From a virus (Duplodnaviria > Caudoviricetes): a stretch of DNA of 64,000 nucleotides. This document shows positions 55,277 through 64,000 of the stretch, one piece after another. The stretch spans positions 1 to 64,000 of the IMG/VR virus record IMGVR_UViG_2932454522_000002, one strand, 5' to 3'. The first letter of the stretch is position 1. The number at the start of each line of letters is the position of its first letter. The position numbers were made by a program, and so were the translations under genes. The notes beneath the pieces were generated by a model. The model was given only the letters and a program-made list of their open reading frames with translations. It did not search any database and had not been told where the DNA came from.

Positions 55277-56907
55277 TGCCCTGGATGCCGCCGGAGCCGG
55301 GTGCAGTTCCAACCCTCGGGTACGACGTCATCGACTGGATCTCCGAGATGCTTGCCGCCCCGGACCGGGGTGACTATGAGCCGTTCGTTCTGTATCCGGA
55401 GCAGGAAGACTTCGTGCTCCGTTACTACGAGCTCGATCCGCGCTCGGGTAAGCGCCGGTTCCGGCGTGGGGTCATCAGTCGCCCGCGCGGGTGGGGCAAG
55501 TCGCCTTTCCTGGCCGCTCTAGCGATCGTCGAGGCTCTGGGTCCGGTCGTGCCCGACGGGTGGGACGCGGAGGGGCAGCCGGTCGGGAAGCCGTGGTCGG
55601 AGGTGCGCACTCCGCTGGTGCAGATCGCGGCGGTGTCGGAAACGCAGACGAAGAACACCTGGACCCCCCTCCTGGAAATGCTCCAGGGGCCGGTCCTGGA
55701 TGAGTATCCGGGCTTGGAGCCGCTGGACACGTTCGTCAATCTGCCCCGTGGCCGTATCGAGCCGATCACTTCGTCGGCACGGACGGTGAAGGGCAACAAG
55801 CCGGTCTTCGCTGTGCTGGACCAGACCGAGGAGTGGGTGCGCTCGAACCGCGGGAACCGGCTGGCCGAGACGATGCGTATCAACGCCGCCAAGGTGGGCG
55901 GCACGACGATCGAATCGCCGAATGCTTTCATTCCTGGCGAGGGGTCGGTGGCCGAGGAGTCGGCCGCGTTCTGGGCGAAGATCCGTGAGGGCCGGGCTCG
56001 GGATGACGGCCTCTTCTATGACCACCGCGAGGCTCCTCCGGAAACGGACATGACTGACCGGCAGTCGCTGACAGCCGGATTGGCGTACACCTACGGCGAC
56101 TCGGCTGACCGCAATGGCGGCCATGTCGATCTGGACACGATTGTCGCGACGATCTGGGACCCCAGTACCGATCCTCAGACGGCTCGCGCCGACTTCCTGA
56201 ACCAGATCACGCACGCCTCCGACTCGTGGATCTCCCAGCCCGAGTGGGCGGGGGTGGCCGCGGCGGACAAGGTCGTGGGCCGCGGCGAGGAAGTCGTGCT
56301 CGGGTTCGACGGTTCACGGCGGCGCAATCGCGGCGTGACGGATGCGACGGCCCTGGTGGGGTGTCGCGTCTCAGACGGTCATCTCTTCCTGCTGGGCTGC
56401 TGGGAGCAGCCGGACGGGCCCTTCGGCCAGGACTGGCAGGTGCCGACGGTGGAGGTACTTGCCGCGGTTGAGGACGCGTTCCGCGACTACAAGGTGGTGG
56501 GGATGTACGCCGACCCGGCCCGCTGGGAGTCGCACGTCGCGAAGTGGGAGGCGGATCACGGGCGGCGCTTGAAGCTCAAGGCGTCGACTCAGCACCCGAT
56601 CGAATGGTGGATGACCGGTGGGCGCTCAAGCCACATTGTGCGGGCGCTGGAGAAGTTCCGGTCCAGCGTGGTCGACGGCGAGCTCACCCATGACGGGTCG
56701 AGCGTGATGACGAGGCACATCCTCAACGCGCGACGCCGCGAGTCCCGCAGCGGAATTCAGATCATGAAGGAACACCCGGACAGCTCGAAGAAGATCGACG
56801 TCGCGGTTGCCGCCGTTCTCGCGTGGCAGGCCCGAGTCGACGCCATGGCCAAGGGGCTCGGCAAGAAGAAGGCCGGCAGGCAAGGACGGGTGGTGGTGCT
56901 GCGATGA
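55276..56907 (+). CDS. Terminase large subunit
   Basis: RPRGWGKSP Walker A; QIAAVS; LGFDGS; KIDVAVA. Confidence 0.93.
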   Translation: MPWMPPEPGAVPTLGYDVIDWISEMLAAPDRGDYEPFVLYPEQEDFVLRYYELDPRSGKRRFRRGVISRPRGWGKSPFLAALAIVEALGPVVPDGWDAEGQPVGKPWSEVRTPLVQIAAVSETQTKNTWTPLLEMLQGPVLDEYPGLEPLDTFVNLPRGRIEPITSSARTVKGNKPVFAVLDQTEEWVRSNRGNRLAETMRINAAKVGGTTIESPNAFIPGEGSVAEESAAFWAKIREGRARDDGLFYDHREAPPETDMTDRQSLTAGLAYTYGDSADRNGGHVDLDTIVATIWDPSTDPQTARADFLNQITHASDSWISQPEWAGVAAADKVVGRGEEVVLGFDGSRRRNRGVTDATALVGCRVSDGHLFLLGCWEQPDGPFGQDWQVPTVEVLAAVEDAFRDYKVVGMYADPARWESHVAKWEADHGRRLKLKASTQHPIEWWMTGGRSSHIVRALEKFRSSVVDGELTHDGSSVMTRHILNARRRESRSGIQIMKEHPDSSKKIDVAVAAVLAWQARVDAMAKGLGKKKAGRQGRVVVLR

Positions 56908-58370
56908 CCATCTCCATCCCCGATCTGCCGCTGTTGACGTTGTCGGACGATGAGCTGGCCCTGATCAACGTGCTGCGGGGGGAGATGCAGCGTGACCGCT
57001 ATGCGCTGATGGTGCGGGACGCCTACTTCAACGGCGAGCAGCTGGTCCGTGACCTTGGCATCAGCATCCCGCCGCAGCTCAAGGGCCTACATACGGTGAT
57101 CGGCTGGCCGCGGGTGGGCGTCGAGTCCTTGGAGGAGCGCCTCGATCTGGAGGCGTTCCGTTGGGCTGACGGTGCGGACTCGGCCGAGTTGGCGGAGATC
57201 GCCGAGGCGAACGACCTGTTCGACGAGTCGAGCCTCGCGCACCTCGATGCGCTCACCTACGGCCGCGGCTATCTCGCTGTCGGTTCCGGTGACTGTGGCG
57301 GCGAGGATTGCCCGCCGCTGATCTCGGTGGAGTCGCCGCTCGACATGACGCTGCTGTGGGATGCCCGGCTGCGCATGGGCACGGCGGCACTGAGGGAGTG
57401 CCAGCTCGACGGGTATGTGGAGTTGGGCCCCGATGAGCGGATGATCGTCCTGTATCTGCCGGACCAGACGGTGACGGCGATCCCGTCGACGTCTGGTGGT
57501 TGGGAGGTTGTCGACCGCGACCCTCACAACCTGGGTGTTGTGCCGGTGGTGCGGATGGCGAACCGGCAGCGGACGTCCGATCGTGTGGGTCGCAGCGAGA
57601 TCACCCCGGAGGTCATGTCCATCACGGATGCCGCTTGCCGGCGCCTGATGGGCATGGAGGTGGCGGCGGAGTTCTTCGGTGCCCCGCAGCGCTACATCCT
57701 CGGCGCGTCGGAGTCGGCGTTCCAGGACGCGGACGGCACGGCCAAGTCGGCGTGGGAGACGTATATCGGCCGGGTTCTCGCCTTGGAGCGGGACGAGGAC
57801 GGCAATGTGCCGACGGTCGGCCAGTTCGCCGCGCACGATCCGACCGGCATGACGAAGATCATTGACCTGTATGCGCGGATCATGTCGGCGCAGTTCGGTC
57901 TGCCACCGCACATGCTCGGCTACACCACAGACAACCCTGCTTCTGCGGACGCGATCCGGAGCACGGAAGCCAAGCTGGTCAAACGCTCCGAGCGGCGCAT
58001 CCGTCGTTTCGGCGCCTCCTGGCAGCAGGCTATGCGGCTCGCCCTGTGGGTGCGCGATGGTGAGCCTCCGGACAAGACGCGCCGTATCGAGACGGTCTGG
58101 CGCAACCCTGCGACACCGACCGTGGCGGCCCAGGTGGACGCCACCGTGAAGTTGGTGCAGGCAGGCGTGCTTCCCGCGGACTCCGACGTGACGCTGGAGA
58201 TGGCAGGCTTCACCGAGGCCCAGCGGCAGCGTGTTGCCGCCGATCGTCGCCGGTCGAGTGCCGCGGCTACCGGTGGCGGACTGTTGGACCGACTGGCCGC
58301 CGTGAACGACCAGCAGGCAACCAGCCTGCCGGACGTCGCGGAGGTGACCGGTGCCGACAACGGTCTCTGA
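56904..58370 (+). CDS. Portal protein
   Basis: Follows TerL; GRSEIT, NPASADAI, WRNPATPT. Confidence 0.93.
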   Translation: MTISIPDLPLLTLSDDELALINVLRGEMQRDRYALMVRDAYFNGEQLVRDLGISIPPQLKGLHTVIGWPRVGVESLEERLDLEAFRWADGADSAELAEIAEANDLFDESSLAHLDALTYGRGYLAVGSGDCGGEDCPPLISVESPLDMTLLWDARLRMGTAALRECQLDGYVELGPDERMIVLYLPDQTVTAIPSTSGGWEVVDRDPHNLGVVPVVRMANRQRTSDRVGRSEITPEVMSITDAACRRLMGMEVAAEFFGAPQRYILGASESAFQDADGTAKSAWETYIGRVLALERDEDGNVPTVGQFAAHDPTGMTKIIDLYARIMSAQFGLPPHMLGYTTDNPASADAIRSTEAKLVKRSERRIRRFGASWQQAMRLALWVRDGEPPDKTRRIETVWRNPATPTVAAQVDATVKLVQAGVLPADSDVTLEMAGFTEAQRQRVAADRRRSSAAATGGGLLDRLAAVNDQQATSLPDVAEVTGADNGL

Positions 58371-59124
58371 CGGCGGACAGGATGCAGACCGGTACCGGGC
58401 TGCCCAGTTGGGGCTAACACGGCTTCTCGTCCGGGATGTGCGCGGTCTGCGGCGGCTCATCATCAGGTCGCGGCTGCGGCAGACGATGCCCGACTGGATC
58501 ACGGCCATGCAGGCCGTGATCGACCAGTACGCCAGGACGTCGGCCGCTCTCGGCGCCGAGTTCTACGACGGGCAGCGAGACCTGGCCCGGGTGACGGGCA
58601 CGTTCACTGTGCCGGTCGCAGATCCGCCGCCGGCTGAGCGCACCGAGAGCAGCCTGCGGTGGGCGACGAAGGACGTCTGGGACCGGCCGCCCGAGGAGGC
58701 GACTGAGGCCCAGCTGCAGCCGCTGGATACGCGGCTGGAGCAGGCCGAGAAGAAGGCTGAGGCCGTCGCGCAGAAGCTTGTCGCCGATACGGGCCGAAGC
58801 ACGGTGCTCGACGCGGTGCGTCAGGACCGGCAGGCCACCGCCTGGGCACGAACTGCGGCGCTCGGGGCTTGCGCCTTCTGCAAGTTGCTATCCGCACGCG
58901 GGGCCGTGTTCGCTCAGGAAACCGTGGGCTTTCGGGCCCACGATGGTTGTCACTGTCTAGCCACTCCTGTCTTTGCCGGCCAGCGCTTCGAGCTGTCGCC
59001 GCATGCGTCCGAGTGGGCGCGCATCTACCAGGAGTACGCGGCCCCCTTCCCGGGTGGCCAGCTTCGACGCTTCCGGGCCGCCCTGGCGGAGCACGACTCC
59101 AACCCACTTCCCGGATCTTTCTGA
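58351..59124 (+). CDS. Head maturation/minor capsid protein
   Basis: ACAFCKLLSARG..HDGCHC; between portal and scaffold. Confidence 0.8.
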   Translation: MPTTVSDGGQDADRYRAAQLGLTRLLVRDVRGLRRLIIRSRLRQTMPDWITAMQAVIDQYARTSAALGAEFYDGQRDLARVTGTFTVPVADPPPAERTESSLRWATKDVWDRPPEEATEAQLQPLDTRLEQAEKKAEAVAQKLVADTGRSTVLDAVRQDRQATAWARTAALGACAFCKLLSARGAVFAQETVGFRAHDGCHCLATPVFAGQRFELSPHASEWARIYQEYAAPFPGGQLRRFRAALAEHDSNPLPGSF

Positions 59125-59187
59125 TCAACAAGGTCGCCCTGGTGGCGGCCTTTCTCATTTCCACAGCCCCTGGAGGGCCGATTCGTC

Positions 59188-59829
59188 ATGCCCGAAGAGA
59201 ACGAGACCAGCGAGCAGCAGCGGGAGACCGGCACCGAGGAGACCGTCGAGGAGACGGCCACCGAGGAGAACGACAGCACCGAGCAGCAGGACGACGCCCA
59301 GGAGGCGGAGGCCGGCGGCAAGGACGAGTCGTTCGACAAGGCCAAGTTCGAGGCTGAGCTGCGCAAGAAGAACAGCGAAGCCAAGAACCTGCGTGAGCGC
59401 CTCAAGAAGGCGGAGCCGCTCCTGGCTGAGCTGCAGCGCATCAAGGACGCCGACAAGTCGGAGTCCGAGCGGCTCACCGACCAGCTGGCTCATGCGGAAG
59501 AGCAGGTGGCCAAGACGCGTCAGCGCCTGGTCCGCACTCAGGTGCAGGCCCTGGCGATGACCGGGTTCGCGGACCCGGAGGACGCGGTCGGCGCGCTGGA
59601 TCTCGACACGTACATCGACTCTGACGGCGACATCGACGAGGCGGCCATTCAGGCGGACCTCGACGCGCTCTTGGAGCGCAAGCCGCACTGGGCGAAGAGC
59701 CAGCCCCCGGAGGGCCCGCGGCGTCCCGCACCGGATCGCACTCAGGCGTCCGGCGCCAACCGAACGAAGGCCCCCAGCCCGGAGGACGAGTTCTCCGGAT
59801 GGCTTAAGTCGCGGCTTCCTGGCCGCTGA
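59188..59829 (+). CDS. Scaffolding protein
   Basis: Acidic N-terminus; coiled coil; LLERKPHW. Confidence 0.85.
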   Translation: MPEENETSEQQRETGTEETVEETATEENDSTEQQDDAQEAEAGGKDESFDKAKFEAELRKKNSEAKNLRERLKKAEPLLAELQRIKDADKSESERLTDQLAHAEEQVAKTRQRLVRTQVQALAMTGFADPEDAVGALDLDTYIDSDGDIDEAAIQADLDALLERKPHWAKSQPPEGPRRPAPDRTQASGANRTKAPSPEDEFSGWLKSRLPGR

Positions 59830-59840
59830 GAGAAGGAATC

Positions 59841-60797
59841 ATGGCGGCTACGGCCCCTATCACCACGTCCGGTCTGCCCGAGGAGCTCCTCCCGCGGACC
59901 ATCACGGCGCCGATCTTCGAGAAGAGCGTCGAGCAGTCTGCGGTCATGGCGCTCGCCCGTCAGGCGCCGCTGGCCCTGGACGCCACCACGTCGGTGCCGA
60001 TCCCGATGGACGTGCCGACCGCTGACTGGGTCGGGCAGGGCCAGAAGAAGCCCCTGTCGACCGGCGGCATCGACGTCAAGCACATGACCGCGAAGAAGCT
60101 CGCGGTCCTCATTCCGGTGGCCATGGAGGTCGCCCGGACGAACACCGCCGGCCTCTACCAGCAGCTGCAGAACGACCTGCCGACCGCGTTCGCCCGCGCT
60201 TTCGACCACGCGGCGATCCACGGCAAGACGATGAAGGGCGCGACCGGGCCGTTCACCGAGTACCTGGCGATGACCTCGCAGTCCGTCGCGCTGGGCACCA
60301 CGGCGCAGGGCCAGGGCGGCATCTGGGCCGACCTGGTCAAGGGCATGGACCTCGTCGTCGACGAGGACTACGACTACACCGGCACGGTCGCGGACCACCG
60401 CCTGAAGCCGAAGCTGCTGCTGGCGACGGACACCACGGGCCGGCCGATCCTGGTGGACACGCAGACGCCGGGCACGAACATGGCGTCGGCGGGCACCCTG
60501 ATCGGCGAGCCGCTCGCCTACTCCCGCAGCGTGTCGGGCAAGCAGCGCCGCCAGTCCGCTTCGACGGACACTGGCCTGCGCGCGCTTGGCGGCGACTGGT
60601 CGCAGGCGGCGTATGGCGTGGGCTTGGATATCACCGTGCGGATCTCCGACCAGGCGACCTACGTCGACGAGGACGGTGGCGTGCACTCGGCGTTCCAGGA
60701 GAACCTGGTGCTGATCCTGGCGGAGGCCTACTACGGCTTCGTCATGGGCGACGCCGACGCGTTCGTGAAGTACACCGGCACCCCGAGCGGTTCCTGA
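59841..60797 (+). CDS. Major capsid protein (HK97 fold)
   Basis: ADWVGQGQKKP, KKLAVLIP, GDWSQ, FQENLVLILAE. Confidence 0.93.
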   Translation: MAATAPITTSGLPEELLPRTITAPIFEKSVEQSAVMALARQAPLALDATTSVPIPMDVPTADWVGQGQKKPLSTGGIDVKHMTAKKLAVLIPVAMEVARTNTAGLYQQLQNDLPTAFARAFDHAAIHGKTMKGATGPFTEYLAMTSQSVALGTTAQGQGGIWADLVKGMDLVVDEDYDYTGTVADHRLKPKLLLATDTTGRPILVDTQTPGTNMASAGTLIGEPLAYSRSVSGKQRRQSASTDTGLRALGGDWSQAAYGVGLDITVRISDQATYVDEDGGVHSAFQENLVLILAEAYYGFVMGDADAFVKYTGTPSGS

Positions 60798-60798
60798 C

Positions 60799-61827
60799 GT
60801 GGGGGCGGTCCCGGCATCCGCGCCGGGCGGGACCGCGCCGCTGCGAATCGTGGTCCGTGCCCATGCCATGCCCCCAGAGCACAACGCGGGGGCGGAGCAC
60901 ATGCTGGTCAGCATGCTGCGTCCGCTGGTGGAGCGCGGTCACGACGTGTCGGTGTGGCTGTCCCGCTACGGCCGAGCTCACGAGGAGTACGAGTACCGCG
61001 GCATCAAGGTGGTTCCGCTGGAGTCGCGGCTGGACTACACGCTCGCTGTGAAGCGCGCGGACGTCCTGATCGCGCACCTGGAGACGGTCCCCTCGACGGC
61101 GTCGATGGCCCGCGGCTGGGGCGGCAAACTGGTGGTGATCTGCCACAACACGCACCGGCCAACTTTCCGCGACATGGCCGCGGGCGGCACATCGCTGGCC
61201 ATCTACAACAGCCAGTGGATGCAGGCGGAGGCGGAACTCTTCTTCGCCGAGTACCCGAAGTCGGTACGGCCGACGTCGAGCCTGATCGTGCGGCCTCCGG
61301 TGTTCGCCGACGAGTACGCAACGAAGCCTGGCAAGGCGATCACGCTCATCAACTGCAATGAGGCCAAGGGCGGCAAGGTCCTCGAAGCCCTCGCCCGCAA
61401 GATGCCGGACCAGCAGTTCCTTGCTGTGGCTGGCGCCTACGGGGAGCAGATCCTGCCGGACCTGCCGAACGTCGAGGTCGTCGAGCACGTCAACGGCGAG
61501 GACATGCGCGAACAGGTCTACGCCCGCACCAAGGTGCTGCTCATGCCCAGCTCATACGAGTCATGGGGGCGTGCCGGCGCCGAGGCGCTCGCGAGCGGCA
61601 TCCCCGTAGTGGCCCACCCGACGCCCGGCCTGTGCGAGTCGCTGGGCGAAGCAGGCCTGTTCGTCGACCGGAACGACATCGACGGCCACGAGGCGGTCCT
61701 CCGCAAGCTCCTGACCCCGGCCGAGTACCGGCTGGCGTCGAAGCGTGCGAAGGCCCGCAGCGCAGAGCTCGACCCGGCGGCCGACCTGGCCGCCTGGTGT
61801 AGCGCAATCGAGGGCCTCAAGAGCTAG
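60799..61827 (+). CDS. GT-B (family 4-like) glycosyltransferase
   Basis: GAEHML..LVERGHDV; LMPSSYESWGRAGAEALASGIPVV (EX7E). Confidence 0.9.
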   Translation: MGAVPASAPGGTAPLRIVVRAHAMPPEHNAGAEHMLVSMLRPLVERGHDVSVWLSRYGRAHEEYEYRGIKVVPLESRLDYTLAVKRADVLIAHLETVPSTASMARGWGGKLVVICHNTHRPTFRDMAAGGTSLAIYNSQWMQAEAELFFAEYPKSVRPTSSLIVRPPVFADEYATKPGKAITLINCNEAKGGKVLEALARKMPDQQFLAVAGAYGEQILPDLPNVEVVEHVNGEDMREQVYARTKVLLMPSSYESWGRAGAEALASGIPVVAHPTPGLCESLGEAGLFVDRNDIDGHEAVLRKLLTPAEYRLASKRAKARSAELDPAADLAAWCSAIEGLKS

Positions 61828-61835
61828 GAGGAGTC

Positions 61836-62252
61836 GTGGCATTCGTTCCTCCTACTGCTGAACAGCTCGGCCTGTATCTGGGACTCGATGAGATCCAGGG
61901 CGACCGGGCGGACCTGCTCATCACCACGGCGGAGAGTCTCTGCCAGACGGTCGTGAGGCCGTTGCCTGAGGGCGCGGAAGCTGTGGTCCTTTCGGTCGCC
62001 GGCAGGGCCTACGTCAATCCTCAGCAGGTCAGCTACGAGACGATCGGCCCGATGTCGGTTCAGCGCCCCCAGGGTTCTGGCGGCATGTATCTGACGAAGG
62101 CCGACAAGTCTGCGCTCAAGTCTCTGGCGGGCCGCGGTGGAGCGTTCACTGTGGATCCGACGCCAGCGACGGCGGATCCGTCGCCGACGTGGCCGATCTA
62201 TGAGGTCACCGGTTTCGCGGAGGAGTACGAGCCGGGCTGGGAGCCTCTCTGA
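61836..62252 (+). CDS. Head-tail adaptor protein
   Basis: RAYVNP..ETIGP..GGMYLT; position. Confidence 0.8.
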   Translation: MAFVPPTAEQLGLYLGLDEIQGDRADLLITTAESLCQTVVRPLPEGAEAVVLSVAGRAYVNPQQVSYETIGPMSVQRPQGSGGMYLTKADKSALKSLAGRGGAFTVDPTPATADPSPTWPIYEVTGFAEEYEPGWEPL

Positions 62253-62614
62253 TGCCCGCCCCGTACCCGTTTGGGGAAACCATCGTCCGCATTCGCCGCG
62301 GCCCTTCTCCGGGCCGCGATGGGCGCGGGCAACCGATCCCCGGGCCTCTCGCAGAGACCCCGATCGGCGGTTGTGTGGTGGCTCCGCGAGCGGAGACGCC
62401 GCAGGTTGGCGGCGCCGAGCAGCAGGCCCGGGACACGGTAATCGTCGGGTTCACGGTGTACGCGCCCCCCGGCACGGACATCGTTACGACCGACCAGTTC
62501 CGGATCCGTGACCACGTCTATGAGGTCACGGGTGAGCCCGGCGACTGGGGGCGTTCCCCGTTCACCGGGACCCGTGGCGTCATGCAGTTCGCTGCGGACC
62601 GGGTGACGGGCTAG
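62252..62614 (+). CDS. Head closure/stopper protein
   Basis: TVYAPPGTDI..YEVTGEPGDW..SPFTG. Confidence 0.8.
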   Translation: MPAPYPFGETIVRIRRGPSPGRDGRGQPIPGPLAETPIGGCVVAPRAETPQVGGAEQQARDTVIVGFTVYAPPGTDIVTTDQFRIRDHVYEVTGEPGDWGRSPFTGTRGVMQFAADRVTG

Positions 62615-62931
62615 CTGCGCGCCTGCTCGATGGCGGCGATGAGTTTCTCTGCGGCGTCGTTGCTTTTGTGCGGGATTGACAGGCTGTGCGGATCGGCGGC
62701 CGGCGGCCGCCCTCCTTGCAGTAGGCCGCCCTGTTCGCCTGCTGCCAGGGCGCCGGGGATCAGGACTTGCACGTAGCCGTGCATAAGCCTGCTCGCCTTC
62801 TTGAGTCGCGTGCCGGTGATGTCGGCTGCCCGGATGCGTACCGGTGCGGGCTGCGGTCCGACGGGCGTCTTCGCGATGGTGATCCATTCCCCGTCGAAGC
62901 TGATCGTGCCCTGTACGCCTTTCACGTCCAT
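62611..62931 (-). CDS. DUF4429-like PH-fold protein (reverse-strand moron)
   Basis: VKGVQGTISFDGEWITI..GYVQV. Confidence 0.65.
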   Translation of the reverse strand: MDVKGVQGTISFDGEWITIAKTPVGPQPAPVRIRAADITGTRLKKASRLMHGYVQVLIPGALAAGEQGGLLQGGRPPAADPHSLSIPHKSNDAAEKLIAAIEQARS

Positions 62932-62967
62932 GTCCGCCCCCAGATGCGTGTGTTGATGGAGGTGGCT

Positions 62968-63294
62968 ATGGCAGCACGAGTGAAGCTGAGGCGTAAAGGT
63001 GTCGGTGAGATGCTGCGTTCGCCCATGATGCAGGCGGAGATGCTGCGGCGGGCCGAGGTCATCAAGGGCGTTGCCGTGGGTCTCTCCCCGGTGTACCGAG
63101 GCCCGACCGGCGGCCACTACAAGGCGTCGTGGAAGACGTCGTCGGCGTCGCGGGGCGGCCGTAACCGAGACCGCGCGACGGCAACCGTGCGCAACAACTC
63201 CTACTACGCCCGCTGGGTGGAGTACGGCACCGAACGCGTCCCAGCGCACCACGTGCTGCTGCGGGCCGCGCAGATCGGCGGGCGGAACCAGTGA
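62968..63294 (+). CDS. HK97 gp10-like neck protein
   Basis: GHYKASW..YARWVEYGT. Confidence 0.8.
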   Translation: MAARVKLRRKGVGEMLRSPMMQAEMLRRAEVIKGVAVGLSPVYRGPTGGHYKASWKTSSASRGGRNRDRATATVRNNSYYARWVEYGTERVPAHHVLLRAAQIGGRNQ

Positions 63295-63683
63295 CCGCTC
63301 TCGTCGACATCGAGGCGGCCCTGATCGGCGCCGCGACACCGCGCTTCCCCGAGGCCGTCGTCCGCGACGAGCTCGACAACAAGCTGCTGGAAGAACTGCC
63401 CACAATCCAGGTCCAGCAGATCCCTGGCGGCGGCGACGACGGCCTGCGCCTGTCCCGAGCCCTCGTCGACGTCGACACCTATGCCGCCAGCCGGGCTGAC
63501 GCCTTCGTCCTGGCCAACCGGGTGCACGCCTGGCTGACCGGCGAACTCCGCGGCTCCACAACGACGGCGGCCGTGTTCGGGCGGGTCAGCGCGATGACGC
63601 TGCCCGCCGCCCGCGACTACGAGAACACCGCTCTGCGCCGCGTTGGCGCCACCTACGAAATCTTCCTCCACCCGGTCTCCTGA
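63291..63683 (+). CDS. Tail completion/terminator protein
   Basis: LPTIQVQQIPGG..VDVDTYA; precedes the major tail gene. Confidence 0.75.
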   Translation: MTALVDIEAALIGAATPRFPEAVVRDELDNKLLEELPTIQVQQIPGGGDDGLRLSRALVDVDTYAASRADAFVLANRVHAWLTGELRGSTTTAAVFGRVSAMTLPAARDYENTALRRVGATYEIFLHPVS

Positions 63684-63751
63684 CCGGTCTGGGCCCGCGC
63701 CGGACCCTCCACCCGCCCGAGCGCGGGCCTTTCCATGTCTGGAGAATCTCC

Positions 63752-64000
63752 ATGGTTCAGATCACCCGCGCTGCGGACCTCGCTGTCGTCGGCGCCAACG
63801 GCGGAGGCTGGACGGCACCTGTCGGAACGCCCGCCCTCGACTCGCCGCTTTCACAGCCGACGGCCCCGTGGGAGCCGCTCGGCGCAATCTCGGACGACGG
63901 ACTGACCTACGGATTCGACGAGGACTCGCAGGAGTTCACGCCGTGGGGACTCACCTCCCCGTTCCGCACCCAGATCACCAAGTCGGTCCGCACCTTCGGC
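63752..64000 (+). CDS. Major tail protein (runs off window)
   Basis: APVGT..WEPLGAISDDGL..EFTPWG. Confidence 0.85.
   Translation, partial: MVQITRAADLAVVGANGGGWTAPVGTPALDSPLSQPTAPWEPLGAISDDGLTYGFDEDSQEFTPWGLTSPFRTQITKSVRTFG

Larger units (their letters stand above)
1..64000. mobile_element. Temperate siphovirus-like prophage/phage (interior; both ends outside window)
   Basis: Continuous immunity-recombination-replication-packaging-head-neck-tail gene order; no host housekeeping genes seen. Confidence 0.93.

Overview
High-GC actinobacterial DNA, most likely Streptomyces. The whole 64 kb is the interior of one temperate, siphovirus-like prophage or phage; the integrase, att sites, tail tip and lysis genes lie outside the window. 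From the left: cI/cro-like switch (1-866); early recombination and replication operon with a DnaN-like clamp, YqaJ exonuclease, RecT, EndoVII nuclease, C5 methyltransferase, an initiator with internal iterons, and DnaB (1-22 kb); a leftward HTH-rich block resembling an acr-aca anti-defence operon (22.4-27.6 kb). Then an AICE/plasmid-type conjugation module with a KorSA-like GntR, palindromic operators, small Spd-like genes, a TraB FtsK translocase and clt-like 8-bp repeats (27.8-39.2 kb); more middle genes (39.4-45.6 kb); a pre-terminase block of putative virion accessory genes and HNH nucleases (45.9-54.4 kb); and the head/neck module from terminase to the start of the major tail gene, with a glycosyltransferase directly after the capsid gene (54.8-64 kb). 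Most notable are the phage-conjugation hybrid, the candidate acr-aca locus, a covarying RNA leader shared by two different endonuclease genes, and an out-of-frame specificity-like module inside the methyltransferase. All family calls come from reading motifs by eye; no database searches were run.
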